Notes: generated from the letters alone by a model not told the origin. Positions 26,705 through 41,897 are shown, counted from the stretch's first letter. The stretch: 64,000 nucleotides of DNA from Octopus vulgaris (GCA_951406725.2 OX597828.1:32178001-32242000); one strand, 5' to 3'. Made by a program: numbers and translations.

Positions 26705-28085
26705 ATACTTTGATACTTTGATTCTTTGAAAGGTTTCGGCCATTATTGGCCCAGGCCATATCTAACTTAATAGCACCACCTGGTGAAGTCTTTCAAGTTA
26801 GAATTTGGGCACTATGGCCCACTCAAGTAGAGAGTTATTGTTTACAGAGACATATCCTGGTGTAGGAGGTTTATCCGGGATTTCTTGAAGGAATCTGTCC
26901 AAAGACTTCTTGAACCCTATAGGGTCAGTTTCTGTTTTAATGTGTTTTTGTGTAATGTTAAAGAGAGTTGGACCAATTGAGGTGAAATAATTGTGCCGTA
27001 TTGTTGTTATGAGATGAGAGTGCGATTTTTGTTGTGGACGGATGGCACGGGGCCCAAGCCTTGGATGTACCTTAAAAGTGATGCCAACATCATTTGGGCA
27101 ATGCTGATGGAATATTTTCCACATCATGCAGATGATGTAGCGCTCACGGCGACGTTGGAGAGAATAAAGTTTTAGCTTTTCTAGTCGACCCCAATAGTCG
27201 AGGCCTGTCATGCCATCTATATTTTTTGTGATTGCCCTTTTGAGGTGCTTCAACTTTTATGATATTTTGTTTTGTGTGGGGAGACCACAGTGGATAACAG
27301 TATTCAAAGTGGGGTCGGTCAAAAGTGGAGAGGAGAATGATAATGGTGTGGATATCTCTCGACTGGAAAGTTCTGAGAATCCAGGAACACATTCTGCAGG
27401 CCATGTCAACTTTGGTGTTTATATGAGTGGCCCAGCTTATGTTGTTGTCTACAATTACTCCCAAGTCTCTGATGTTGTTGGATGCCACGAGGGTTTCACC
27501 TGAAGGAAGGGAGTATGGGAGTTCCAGGGCATTCTCTTTTCCAAAGTGGATTAACTTGAATTTATCCTCGTTCAGCAGCATATTGTTCTTTACTGCCCAT
27601 CGGATAACAACCAGTAGATCTGACTGAAGGCATGTCCGGTCACTCGCTTCATTTATGACCTTCTGGTGCTTGACATCATCTACAAAGATTTTTATGTTGC
27701 TGTGCTTGATGATGTCATTAATGTCATTAATGTAGATGTTGAAATGAAGTGGGCCCAGCACAGTGCCTTGCGGAACGCCACTACTGACTTTAGCTGGGCT
27801 TGATTTTACTCCTTCAACTACAACATGTTGAGATCTGTCTGTCAGGAAACACTTGATCCATTTCAGTAACTTTCTAGAGACACCAATGTTAGATAGTTTT
27901 TTCAATAGGATCTTGTGATCAACCCTGTCAAAGGCCTTGCTGAAATCAAGGTAGATGACATCAGTGTTGGAGCCCTCTCCGAAAGCTCTCAAAATGTCAT
28001 CAAAGTGATGCAGGATCTGCGTTAGGCAGTCCCTTCCATTACGGAACCCATGTTGGTTAGAGATCAGCCGTCTGTTGCTTTCCAG
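26705..28085 (-). mobile_element. 5'-truncated CR1/L2-group LINE (RT plus C-terminal region and 3' UTR)
   Basis: [41 protein letters not shown] (cf. YADD), RDLGVIVD; one frameshift near 27240 joins the C-terminal ORF (YWGRLEKLKLYSLQRRRER); tail (caaagtat)n near 26705-26730. Confidence 0.95.
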
Positions 28086-28330
<245 letters not shown>

Positions 28331-30610
28331 TGTGTTTGTGCACGCGCTTGTGTAGGTGAAGGGTTCTTGTGGCTCAGCTTTGATTAGCAAAATTATAGTA
28401 AACCAATAACCAATGGCATTTCACACCTAACAATTATAGTCTTTATTCAAGAAACGTACCCACTCTAGTAAAATCGCAGGATCGGCGACCAACGTATAAG
28501 CTGCATATGTTGGTCCACCAGTGTCTTTATGGTCTGGATTCAAATTATCCCTCATCAGCATTACCCTTTATCCTTCCGGCGTTTTCAAAATAACATATAA
28601 GTCAAGAATTTGGATCCATGGTATCCATCAGCTAACAATACACTCATCCCAACATGTTTTGTGCCTCAAAGAGTAGACACTCATTGATTTAACATAAATA
28701 CCATTTATACACTTTTCGCGTCTAGAAATTTGTAGTAAAGTAAAATTTACAGATGTTGAAACAGGATGTATTCCCGAAAAATATTATGTTAACTAATGTA
28801 GTGTTCAAAATACCTATCACCACTATTATAAGTTATCGTTAATGACGGACCAAACACTTTCTTTATTGTTGAAAATGACAATGTACTGTCTTAATGTGAA
28901 TAAAATTTTAATATAAAGTACACTGTAAATACTAACAGAAAAATTTCGATTATAGAACACTCGTAAATAATTACGAAAAACTGGATAATGGTAGTTCATG
29001 ATATTTCGAAATTCAACGAGACCAACAATATCGATTCGATTCACTTTCCTCTTCCCAAGTTCCAGTAAATAAAGCATGGAGAAGGACTATATTCCAATGT
29101 CTGTGGTTTTTAAAGAATGACCGTAGTGTGTAGTGCTGAGGAAGTTAGAGCTTGCTGTGTCACATTGGAGGCACGCTAAGACCATTTGGAGGTGGAACGA
29201 GCATCAAAATCCTCTTAATAACTGGCAGAAGTGTCAAAGGGATGAGGCTAGAAGTAAGAAACTATATGAAATCAGATTCATGTCTTTCAGTCAAATAATC
29301 AATAATGCAGTCGTTATCTGTGTAGCGGTCTCAACACTTCATATATGGGACCAATACTCTATAGTATCACTCAAATGTTGGTTCGAATGTTAGTGTTTTC
29401 TATAACTTTAAACCTTATTTGGTTTTGGATGAGAAATACGGTTTTCAAATTCAGCTTTTCCAATGTAAAATGTTGACGTCAATGAAAATAATAAGCAGCA
29501 TTTTAGTAGGTGGATATCAAAATTTCAGTTTGGGAGAGAGCGATAGTGTTGTCTTGATAAATTATTGACATAGTGTTTTTGTTATTAGAAATACGAAATT
29601 GGCCTGTTATCAAGAGAGGATATTTTTAAATATAAATATTCATACGACAATGCAAATTCGATGTGAGGTATCTAGGATGCTTTAAGATGATACTGGATGA
29701 GGAAGATTAGAGGAAAGTTGAGAGCAATATCAGCAAGATAGAAATTCATGATGTAATTCATGACAGGTAAGTCATTCACATAATTAGAAGGAAAATGTGT
29801 ATGAAATATAAACCAAAACACGGAACACATACGCAAGCACAGATACAATACACATACGCTCACATGCGCACATTCACAAACTAGTCAGCGTTAACAAAAA
29901 TCATATACCTAAATTTTGCGTGCTAGCAGGAAGCCACAGGCTAAACACACCAAAAGCTGAGTTTTAATATATTTCCGTTCCAAAGATGAACTACAGATCT
30001 GGTTATGCGAAAAGACTAACAATGGTTTCACGAATTTTATCGAGTGCATAGGCTCAAAGATGAATGGCAGAGTAAAGACGGTCTTTCAAGTCGGTTTTGT
30101 TTTTGGTTTTTCAAATCTAAGTCTTCTATTTAAGAGGAGTAATTCAGTGAATCAGTTCTATGGTGATTGTTAACTATGACTTTCTGCTGTGGTGTAACAA
30201 CACGGAAATTTGTTTGGAGTTATGGATATAGCTACAAAAGTACATATTAAAGCACTGCTAGTATAGTTTTATTTTATTGTTGACCAAACAAAATACAAAC
30301 GTTTCCTCTTTCTTTTTAAGAAGAATTCTCCTTTTACCAAATTTCTGATGGTGATAAATATAATTTTAATTGATTTAGATAAGCCTACGATTCTTTAGAT
30401 TAAGCATAGAAACCTGGTCTTAACTTAATATGATTTAAGCATAATGCATCCTTGAGAACATTGCTAATACCATTATTAAATATTCAGTGGGTGCATCAAA
30501 TCATATTTCATACTTTAAACTGTTACAAAATGATATTCCTATTCCTTCATATTTATACTCATGCATAAATATATGCATACACTAGCATATACATACATAG
30601 GCACACGATC

Positions 30611-30665
<55 letters not shown>

Positions 30666-30709
30666 GCATACATACATACATATATGTGTATATATATATA
30701 CGTATATTA

Positions 30710-30762
<53 letters not shown>

Positions 30763-32214
30763 ATATGCTTTCCTTAGAGTCCTATTTATGCATGTACATA
30801 TATATGTTACTGTATTTTTTTCCAGAGATTTCATACGTTTACTTTTAAGCTGCCCACTTTAGTTTACGTATTATTTCACAACATCCTATGATAGCTGACA
30901 TGCCATTTCACACTCAGATATGTTACTGACAAGCTAGCTAGCATATATTGGAAAATGCATTTCTTCATTATTTGCATTGTTCTTTTTCTTTCCTTTTTTT
31001 TTTGGGGGGGGGGGCAGTAGAACATGTTGTTTCAAATATGCCTACGTGTATTCTATTCGTTTCGTGTAGAACGAATGCAAATGTGAATGACACAAATGAA
31101 ATGAATGTAAAATAAATAAAAATTCCATTTTCCATTAGCATGTACAGTTCTGTGTGAGCTAAAAAGTTTTCGAACAATTATTCCCTATTAAGTTTTAATT
31201 CCCAACATAACAATTTCACTTACGTTTAAACTATTCTCTATTAATTACCATTTTGTTCGCGAGAATCACAACTCATTATTTGATTACATTTTAATTTCCA
31301 AGCTGCTAAAGCAGTGACATAATTATATTCCAATTTCTCATAAAAATTAGATAATTTTTTTTTTTTTCGTGGAGCTTAAAGTAATGCGTGTTGAAAAGGT
31401 TCTCTCTGCTGTTTAATTTCCCACGTTATATTTCCAGTTTCTTATGAAGCTAGAAATACAGTCGCAGACATCCATAAACATGACTCACACGAAAATTGTT
31501 TCTTTGCTTTTAAACAAACATTAAAATTAATCACAATATTGACGCACATTAATTAGCTATTTCTAAACAACTTGCCATAAAGTGTAATCTTAAGTTTTCG
31601 CTTAATTCTTCTCAATTCTATGTATCTGTAACCCATGCATAAACTGTGTTGTTGCTTTGCCTTCACCCTCATTAGTGTCCATGCTTTATCTGTTTATACG
31701 CTTTTAGTTGAAAAATAGAATCCAGATCTATAGATATATAGCATCGTAGAATTTGGATATATACAAATCAAGTAACGGAATGCAAAAGTTGTTTTTATTT
31801 TAATGCTTGTCTAGAATCAGAGAGACTACTTTCGAATAACACATCATTATGGATGTCTACGATAATATCTCCAAATCTATAAGAAACCAAAAATATAACA
31901 TGGGATATTAAATAACAGAGAGTACCTTTTCAACGCGCACTCGTTTAGTTTGTTTGAACAGCTGGAAAGATTAATAGATTGTATGTAAATTATAACGTAT
32001 AAATTTGTAAATCAGATCCAGGCGTTTATTTTCATAACAGTATTTTATCATAGTACCTAAAAGATATATTGTTATTGAAATTATTAAGATGTCACAACAT
32101 ACTACACCTCACTTGTTAGTACCATATTGATCTACGCTGCTTACGACTGTAATCTGTAACTATGTTATATATCCACTGACACGTAATATATCGGGTGACT
32201 ATAAACTATGTAGA

Positions 32215-32923
32215 CACTGGGAGAAAATGTCTTTGAAGACTCAAAATGTCGTTGAATGCTCGAAATGAGAAGTAGACAGCCAACAACTGATGAAGAGTCG
32301 TTCTCTGTGTTTTCCTGTCCTGTTTTCCATTTTTGTCTCGTTGTTTTTGTTGTGATCACTAATGATGGTGGTGCTAGGATTTCTGTTGATCTTCAGACAC
32401 GGATCAGAGTCAACACGGAGGCCTACATCAACTGCCTGGAGGAGATAGTCCTGCCCTGAGTCACATGGATAGCTGCTGGTAGAACCTGTGTCTGACAACA
32501 GGAATCTTCACCATGACACATAGTTATGAGAACCCAGTCATGGCTGTCAGACGATGTCTGCGACGACGTCACCACTATCATCTTCGGCAATTAACTCCCT
32601 AGATTGCAACTCTCTTGGTTATTATGTGTGGAGCGCAGTTTTGCGACAGACCAAAAACATTCCTTGTAACACCAAAGATGAATTGAAGGCAAGGGTTAAG
32701 ACAGCAATCGCCAACAAGGTGACCGTCCTGAAGAGTTGCAGGAGATTCCGAAGTCGTCTGGAGACCGTGTTTGAAGCCGATGACAGTTTAATGAATAAAT
32801 TTACTCTTGAGTATTTCAAAATATTTTAATGTAATTTTGATAAATATATCTGTTAAAATGAGATGTCAGTATTATTTTCATTTTTTGCATAATTTAGACG
32901 ACATTTCATTCACAGCACCATGT
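32215..32923 (+). mobile_element. Decayed Tc1/mariner transposon (maT/DD37D-like), 3' half
   Basis: RVNTEAYINCLEEIVLP, QQESSP*H (cf. QQDSAPxH), NSLDCNSLGYYVWSAV (cf. NSPDCNPLDYYVW), FRSRLETVFEA; TIR-like end cacagcaccatgta. Confidence 0.85.
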
Positions 32924-33806
32924 ACGTATGTATTTCTGCAGATGTATCTATGTATGGTTTTATGGATAGATGTGTGTGAGTAAATATACATGTATAATCA
33001 TTCACATATATGTAGGTGTATGTATGTGTGTGCGAGCGTATCTTCATATGCATGTATGAATACACACACATTCTTGCTCGTATAATCACTTTAACTCACA
33101 GAACTTCCACAGAGAATGTAGACCCACTGTTAAACTTAAACTTATCACCCACCATCTATACTGTTTCTTTCCTGACACTTTCATATTTCGCTGCATTCTA
33201 TCATATCTCTAAAGACATGTCTTTATTAAACCTTCATGTGAAGTTGTTCATTTGCTAAGAATTTCATTCACGCGTGTCGAATTTCATTAAAAACACATTA
33301 AATATGCATCAATATTTGCGATCTAAACAGAATGACTAATTAATTTAGATGAAATTGTTATAATTTTACATTCATTATTTCATATAAATTAACACACACA
33401 TAAAGAAAAAGAGTGAGCTTCAAAAAAAAACCATATGGATCGAATGAGTATGTGAGGACCTGCACATTTACTGACTGCTATTATATACAACAGCCTCGGA
33501 TACTGAGTGTTGGTATATCTTTAAACATAGGTTTCTCGATCAAAGTTTTAGAAAAGTGATCCCACGTATAGAGATTTCGTCGGGTGACTAGGAGTAAAAA
33601 TATTACACAAGATGTGATTATATGTGTATGTATACACACACGTGTATGTATGTCACACATGCACACACACATACACGCATATACATATACATGTGTGGTG
33701 TGCGTGTATGTCTGTGTGTATATATTTATGTATATCTTTCTCCCGATGTCTCTCTCTGTCGATATCTCCCTCTCTATACATATATATGCGTGTGTGAACG
33801 TGTGTT

Positions 33807-33861
<55 letters not shown>

Positions 33862-33863
<2 letters not shown>

Positions 33864-34161
33864 AGGCGCAATGGCCGAGTGGTCAGGGCAGCGGACTCGC
33901 GGTCGTAGGATCGCAGTTTCGATTTTCAGACCGGGCGTTGTGTGTGTTTATTGAGCGAAAACACCTAAAAGCTCCACGAGGCTCCGACAGGGGGTGGTGA
34001 TCCCAGCTGTACTCTTTCACCACTCTTTCTCTCACTCTTTCCTCTGTTGGCCTGCTCACTTAGTCAGCGAGGTGGCGTCATTCGAAGGCTAAAACAATGC
34101 GAACGGATTGTGACCAGCGATATGTAACTACATCAGATGGACTGGTCGGTCACGTGATCAC

Positions 34162-34164
<3 letters not shown>
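33862..34164 (+). mobile_element. SINE family C, tail type 1
   Basis: tRNA-like head ggaggcgcaatggccgagtggtcagggcagcggactcgc..gtttcgatt with box A/B; core gtttattgagcgaaaacacctaaaagctccacgagg; lies between (TG)n and (TA)n. Confidence 0.88.
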
Positions 34165-34226
<62 letters not shown>

Positions 34227-34438
34227 TATATAAGGATAAGATCAATATTTAAACACCGATCGTATCAGGTGACCAGCATGAGAATAAAAACCTTCATAGT
34301 TAAAAATGATTCAAAATTATAATTTAGGGTATCTAGGAGATACCACAACGCTAGAAATAGCAGTAAAAGCTTGACTCTAAAACAACATTTAATGTGGTTT
34401 TAGAATCAAGTTTTAACTTCTATTTTATCCTAAATTAA

Positions 34439-34529
<91 letters not shown>

Positions 34530-35379
34530 TATGTACGCATATTATTGTATTATGTTTATATATGTGTGTGTATACACTTATTTACTTTTTTTATTTCTTG
34601 CTACACCTATGTGTGTATTGTGTACATGATGTATGTATGTGAGTTTTTAATTATTGCGTATAGTTGAGCGTATGTGAGTATATAGGCTAAATTCTTATGC
34701 GTGTATATGTGATGTTTTGTTTATGTACGCACGAATTGTTATAAGCACATGAAAGGTCACAGTACTTTTGATGCCACCTGGAGCATTTTCTTATCTATAC
34801 TAAATATGCGAGGACGATCCATCACTTTAACCTTGATCCTTCTTTTTTTCTTTCTTTCTTCTTTTAATCACTAAGTTATGGTAACGTTCTATGAATTCTT
34901 TATTGTCCTTGATCCCTGCCTCAAATTTCAACAGTTCATTTTTATATTTACTGACTCGCTTTGATAACTCCTGGTAGGGCGGATCAAATTGTAATTTCTT
35001 CTCTAATGTAAGTTTAAATTCTGATGGAAGCAGCTTTTATATTTTTCGTGTAATCATAGTGATGGGATTTATTCATCAATTAAAATAAATTCTGCTGGAT
35101 CAGCTGTAGAGAACCTTAAATGCATTTGGGATCTTATTTTACGAAAATGCTATATCTGGAACCATCGCTATGTTGTATTGGATCTATAATTTGCATTGGA
35201 TCGTGAATCTATTTGTGAGCACTTATGCATAAATGTGTTGTGTGTCTGTATATATACGAGTTTATGGAGATGTGCATGGAGATATGCATATACGAGTATA
35301 TGGAGATGCGTCTATGCACATGCAGAACTAGTAACTCCCACGGCGTCGTAAATATTAAGATGCATTGATCATAGCGAGT

Positions 35380-35695
35380 GGAGACGACTCCAATGGCCCA
35401 TTCTTTAGAGCAGTGGACTCGCGATCGGACGATCGCGGTTTCGATTCCCTGGCTGTGCGGTGTGTGTGTTTATTGAGCGAAAACACCTAAAAGCTCCACG
35501 AGGCCCCGGCAAGGGGTGGTGGTGTCCCTTCTTGTACTCTTTCGCACCAACTTTCTCTCACTCTTTCTTCCTGTTTCTTGAGTAACTTTGCGATGGACTG
35601 ACGAACCGTCCAACAAGGGGTGGGATACATGCGACACAGAAACCGGGAAACCGGGCCCATGAGCCTTGCTAGGCTTGAAAAGGACGCATAAAAAA
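35380..35695 (+). mobile_element. SINE family C, tail type 2
   Basis: Same head and core; tail gcgatggactgacgaaccgtcca..gaaaccgggaaaccgggcccatgagcc; TSD gatc(a/t)tagcga(g/a)t at 35367-35379 and 35696-35708. Confidence 0.88.
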
Positions 35696-35802
35696 GATCT
35701 TAGCGAATCTTTTTGCTGATTTCAATAAATCATATTACTCTACCTCTAGTATTCGATTATACTTTCTCTACCATATTTCAAATTTATGTGATTACTCTGG
35801 TA

Positions 35803-35852
<50 letters not shown>

Positions 35853-36187
35853 TACATAATTGTAATAAATATAAATGGAAAAAGTCCCCACATGCTGGAA
35901 ATAGAAACCAAATGACTCTGAGCAACCTAAGTTATGCATATACGTTGGTCAATCTGAGGAAAAGGAGCAAGTAGAAATTTAGATTACATTTAGTGACTAC
36001 AAATCACAAATAATAAACAGATGATCTCATATTGATCGATTTCGGGCCCTGCATTAAATGCTTAGGATTTGTCAGTGAGATTTACTGTAAATTAGAATAT
36101 ATATACGTGGCTATACATGCATATATATACGTGACTATACATGCATTTATATATATATATATATATATATATAGATATATATATTTG

Positions 36188-36256
<69 letters not shown>

Positions 36257-36312
36257 CCATATATGTATATAATTTAAGATAGAAAATACTAAAATAATTT
36301 TATAAAAAAACA

Positions 36313-36354
36313 TTTCAGTACCGGTTTCAGTCATTCTGACTTTTTCAACCGTAA
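36313..36354 (-). ncRNA. Minimal type I hammerhead-like motif (U3-A8 core)
   Basis: Minus strand: ttacgg-TTGAAAA-agtca(gaa)tgact-GAAA-ccg-GTA-ctgaaa; perfect 5-bp stem II, palindromic ACCGGT stem/loop III. Confidence 0.55.
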
Positions 36355-37050
36355 GTATGAAAAACAATTAAATGTGGAAAAATTAAAAGAAAAGTTTTTT
36401 GAAAGAATATTTGCATAGCGTTCAAATATAAGTGGCATTTTCTTTGTTTCTGCCTGTCTCTGTTTACTCTTGTGGGTTCGAGGTCGTTATGTATATAATC
36501 ATTGTTGAAATATGATAAATATATGTGCTCAGACTTTTGCCAAATAAGAGATTAGCATACATTATTTTCTCTGCTGAAAACAATATAAGTTTGACGTAGA
36601 AATGTTATGTACATATACAGTGCGCTTACCAAAGGAGAGAATTGTATCCCGCTAGTTTTGGAGACAAAGCAACGATTTAGATTAATTTTTTATTCACTTA
36701 TTTAGTGTAGTTCATGCATGAGATTTGATCAAATTCTTCGTTTAATATTAAATCTGCCATCATTTTTTTCTATTTGTAAATTTTATACCATGATGAATGA
36801 TTAGAAAATGCATTTTAGATTAAATATTTGGCAATGATTTAGTTATGGATGGCGTTTGCAAGAAAGGTGCTTAGTTTAAGGGAAGTAATCCGTTGGGTAT
36901 TGGGTGAGGTTGTGATTTTAACATAATAATGCCCTTTCTATTAAATGAAACCATATATGGTTAATGATTTTCATTGTTATCATGATATCCATTAATAGAA
37001 ATGATTTATTATGATAAGCAGTAAGATCCATACATTAATAATGTATATGA

Positions 37051-37240
37051 AGGCTGTGGGCTGACAGAATCCTTTGCACACCGGGAAAGCACCTTTGTAT
37101 TCTGAGTTCAAATTCCGCGCAGAGATCATCTATTGCCTTTCGGACTAGATAATATAGATACCACCTGAGTCCTGGGGTAGATATTATCTACTTCCTCTTG
37201 TGCTAAATGTTGCCAAACTGTGAGTAAGAATGTATTTAGG
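37051..37240 (+). mobile_element. SINE family A, old and degenerate
   Basis: ggctgtgggctgacagaatc..ttctgagttcaaattccgc..ctggggtagat. Confidence 0.7.
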
Positions 37241-37783
37241 TATGAAGAATAAAGAAAAATATAAATTGGTTATAACACCCTTACATCTGAACATATGTAT
37301 GTTTATCGGATTATATGTAATTTATGTGTGTGCATCACTGTATCTGCCTCTCTCTCCCTTTCTCTCTCTCTCTCTCTGATTTCACATCTATCTATCTAGA
37401 TAGGTAGATTGATATACTTATAAATGGCTAAAATATTACTGCCGATTTTATGCCTAATATTGACACGGTAAAACACCGATGACTTCAGACATAGTGGCGA
37501 ACACTCTTTAGTATTTCCATTCTGACCAGTTATATGCCAACACCAGAAATATATTATTTGATGGTATGAATGTAAACCCAGTATATTATTTTTATTGAAG
37601 GTACTTTTGCTTCTGACCTATGCAGAGATAAATGATAATACACATATCAATACAACAAATATATAATTATGTAGTACTAGTAGTAGCAGTTGTACTTGTA
37701 GTAGTAGTAGTAGTAGTAGTAAACATTCACGCGTCAACAAGCATACAGACAGACATCTAATATATGTGTACATATACATACAT

Positions 37784-37950
<167 letters not shown>

Positions 37951-39149
37951 CGCACACACACACATACATATTTGTATATATGATATGTTCGATACATTTT
38001 TCTGTGTGTGTGTCGATGCATGTATGTTTGTTAATAAATAATCACATTTCTGATCTATTTCCCTCTGTTAAATCGTGATGCAGCGGAGCGAATTTCATTA
38101 TTCATATTCTTTTGTTCTTTTTGTTTATGTTGTTATCACACACATCAAAAAATTCACAAATAGCGTTAGTGTTCCTACTCTATGAATAGTTCCAGGAAAT
38201 GACAAAATATTCTTTGCCTATTATTAAATACATCTTTCTTTTTGTATATATAATTCATCTCATATTGAAAATTAAACAATACAAGAATATGTGTATCGTT
38301 TGCTATACTCTTATTTAATATTCTCCATATAGAAATATTTGCTTATGGCGTTGTATTATACGTCATGTCACTCACTACTTTTATTTTGTAAATTGTGAAT
38401 CAAAATATTTGGTATTATTTTCTTCCTCTCTTTCATTGTTTCTTTTTTTTTCTTTTTTTCTTTCCAAATATCAAATTTTGTCGTTCAAGAATATTATTTG
38501 CTTATGAATACGCATACACTGTAAGCGCAATTATTTTTTAAAGAAATTTGGCATTTGAACTCATTACTGACTGCCCTAAGACTATCGTGGTGATAAAATA
38601 TAATTACTCTAAAACATTTAGATCAATGTGTAGAATGCTAGGGTACATACGTTATGGTATCGAATTCTAACCATAATGTGCAAGTCTCAAATCACGTTGA
38701 TTGAAATACACATTTTTAATTCTTTTACCAACAATGTTTGATGTTGGCGATATTTTTCGTTTGCTTCTAGTCACAAAACATAATCAGAAAGTTTTTAAAA
38801 AGTTGTACCTTTGATATAATTTCGTATTGAGATTCAGAATATCGCAGTTATCTTTTGGGAAAAGAATTATAAATCAGAAGGAATATTTTAAAGTTACTCA
38901 TTTTAAGCCAATGAAATTTTAGCCACTGCCCTCATCGCAGAATTTAAAAATGTGTGTTGTCCTGGAAACTCTGCTTCAGCAAGTAATTAATTTGAATACA
39001 AACAAGGCTGCCAATACTGGAGTTCGTGTCTGTTAGAAGAAGTACGTGGTGGGAAGGGGCTAATCATAATTATAATTATTTAAGGCTGGGTGAAAGCAAT
39101 GACGACAAGTTTTATAAAGAAGAACTAAGGATTGATGCGGGAGCATAAG

Positions 39150-39700
39150 TCAGATCCAGAAAAAAATTCCCGCGAGATCCGTGAAGATGATCTGCGCAAT
39201 GTGACCAAAAGTTTTGATCCTGGCAGAATTGTTGAAATAGACGAATCAGTCTTTCCGAGAAGAAAATACATACGGGGTTGAATACTACTCGAAAATTGGG
39301 TTTTCGGTGGTGTGTATCACCAATTTCGAGACACCTTTCTTTTTGCCAACCTTCTTGACAATATAATACACTTGAACCTTGAAAAACCCATTCGCCAATG
39401 ACTTTTGCCAGGAACAGCTATTTATTTTGACCTATGGATTGCATACTCGTATATTCCTGAGATACCAGGATATCAGTTTCGCCATAGAACGATGAACCAC
39501 GGTAAACTAGCAGGTCGGGATCCACACTCGGCAAATAAGAAGCAATTGTGTCTGTCTGAAGGGAGGAAATAAACAGTTCTGAGACACTCATCATGTTATA
39601 GTAGACTCGTATCTCTGCGATCAATGAGGCACCGCAGGTCTGGAAAACGAGACTTCTTTAAAATAGATACTGCATTGTATTGCTACCTTCAATGTGTTTC
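39150..39700 (+). mobile_element. Merlin (IS1595/IS1016-like) transposase pseudogene
   Basis: From 39216: DPGRIVEIDESVFPRRKYIRG*ILLENWVFGGV, then LLPGTAIYFDLWIAY and GIHTRQI; matches Merlin motifs GPGxIVEIDES..KRKYxRGR..WVFGG, ILPGTxIxSDxWxAY and GxHTxxIE. Confidence 0.85.
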
Positions 39701-39949
39701 CGTTTCACTTCTAGTGGCAGTTCGAAGAACTCTCAGCATGGCAATGTATATAAATATAAATTTTCAAGTAGTAGGAAGAAAACAAAATGAAAAAATATCA
39801 GAGAGAAAATTCTGTTTTATTCATGTGACTTCGTTTTACTTGGGTTGTTATTTCAAACGGCATATCGAAGAAATCTAACTATGGCTATGGCAATAACGTT
39901 ATTATTAATTTTTTTCTTTCTATTTAACACAGGTTTTGTTTCAGCTCCT

Positions 39950-40268
39950 GGTGTCTTGCAAGCGTATCGTGGTTGCTACCTGCAGCCTATGTTGCCATGC
40001 TATACACTCCTTTTAGCTATCTAGTACTTTCCTGATTATTCTGAGGCAAAAAATTTGTAAATTCTCGACTGGACACTATTCCAATTTCATTTATATTCCT
40101 CTTGATGCTTTCTAGTACTGTCCCCAAAGACCCAACAATAACTGGCATTATCTTCACCATCTGTATTTTCCATAACCGAGTTATATCGGACTTAAGAGGG
40201 TTATTTTTGTCTATCTTTTAGACTTCCTTCTTGACTATTTGTAGGTAAAATTGTCATGCAACATCATG
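39950..40268 (-). mobile_element. R4/Dong-type LINE 3' fragment (REL endonuclease C-terminus)
   Basis: Minus strand KKEV*KIDKNNPLKSDITRLWKIQMVKIMPVIVGSLGTV (cf. KExEKxxKYxxLxxEIxRLW..IPVVIGALG). Confidence 0.8.
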
Positions 40269-40271
40269 CTA

Positions 40272-40273
<2 letters not shown>

Positions 40274-40360
<87 letters not shown>
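40274..40360. repeat. (ATT)n microsatellite
   Basis: Directly visible. Confidence 0.95.
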
Positions 40361-40361
<1 letters not shown>

Positions 40362-40499
40362 CTGCATGTTTGTTACAATCACTTGCTGAGACACATCCAG
40401 TGCCCTGGGCTAGTAAAATATAAGACATGTTAGAGTATGATTGAAGGCATGGGGACAAGAAGGGGTAGGTGCAGTAGTGAAGTATCATCATATATTACA

Positions 40500-41605
40500 A
40501 TACAGATATTTAAATTAAAAGGAATTTTCATAGGACGTGGGCAGTATTTATCAGCAGAATCTTTTGGATTTCTCTGAGACATGGTTCTCGCCGGATATTA
40601 TCTACATGTTTCTGACATCCTTTTCTTATCATAACTGCCCAGTTATAACCTACAATAATGGTATTAGTTCCTGCTTTAAGATGCCACACATTTTGTATTT
40701 CAATTTCCACGTCCTTATATTTAATTAATTCGTCACCTTTCTTTACAGATATATTATTGGCGGTGGGAGTACTTACATCTATTAGTGCAGAAGCATTTTC
40801 TTCCTTCTCTTTAATGACTCTCTTGTAGATTAGCCTGCACCATTCAGTCGGTGTTGACTGGAAAATCCCCGAGGATAGTGACATTTTTACATTCAACGAT
40901 TGACTCAGGATTATGTCCAGTAAGCAGGAGTTCTGATTTTGTAGTATTTACATTTTTTATAAATCCTGTCCTACATTATCGTAGCAATTATTTCTGTTCG
41001 CTTGGTCTCAGTACAGGACATCCCGAGACGAGATGCTCTATAGTTTCAACAAATTTATTGCAGAATCTGCATTTAGAGTGTGAACCGTTTTAAAGAATTT
41101 ACTCTGGTAATTTTTGGTAAGCAAGCTTTGATCTTGTGTCGCAAATAAGAAACCTTCATTCTCTGCATTCAGACCTTCTCAGCCACCAATGGGTTGTTGC
41201 TTGCTCTACATGAGCATTTCGGTTTCGAATTATATAATGTCCATGCAGAGGTGTCTGGCTCCACCTCTTCTCGGTTTGTTTCTGCCCATACTCTTTTGCT
41301 ATATGTTTGATTCGTTTGATTGTTTGGTGGAAGTGGATTCCGCTTCTTGTTCCAATTCAGGGTTAATGCCGCGTTCGCTTGTGGATTTGGAAGCTTCCTT
41401 CACAATGGAGTTTGATCTTTTGCTGATTTCGTGTTAGCACACAAGCCGCAGCATTCAGTCCCCTGTAATAGATAAGTACTTGTTCATTGCTATGATGGAA
41501 GTCTTGTAGCACAGTTCTACTCGAATCATTCATCTTCCCCCATTACTTGTAGGAAGGTACTGACGATCAACGTCAGATTATCGGTGGTGCATGTTTTTAG
41601 ATGTT
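40500..41605 (-). mobile_element. R4/Dong-type LINE 3' half (CCHC knuckle plus REL endonuclease)
   Basis: MHHR*SDVDRQYLPTSNGGR; CRFCNKFVETIEHLVSGCPVL (CCHC); IDVSTPTANNISVKKGDELIKYKDVEIEIQNVW..EIQKILLINTAHVL. Confidence 0.88.
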
Positions 41606-41669
41606 AGTTTTCTTGTTTTCCTGTTCAGGCGTATTCTTTTTCCTCTTCTTTTTTTCTTCTTTTTATTCT

Positions 41670-41897
<228 letters not shown>

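Noticed and set aside
33862-33935. tRNA-like sequence
   Set aside because: It has no proper acceptor stem and continues into a repeated SINE body, so it is a SINE head and not a tRNA gene.
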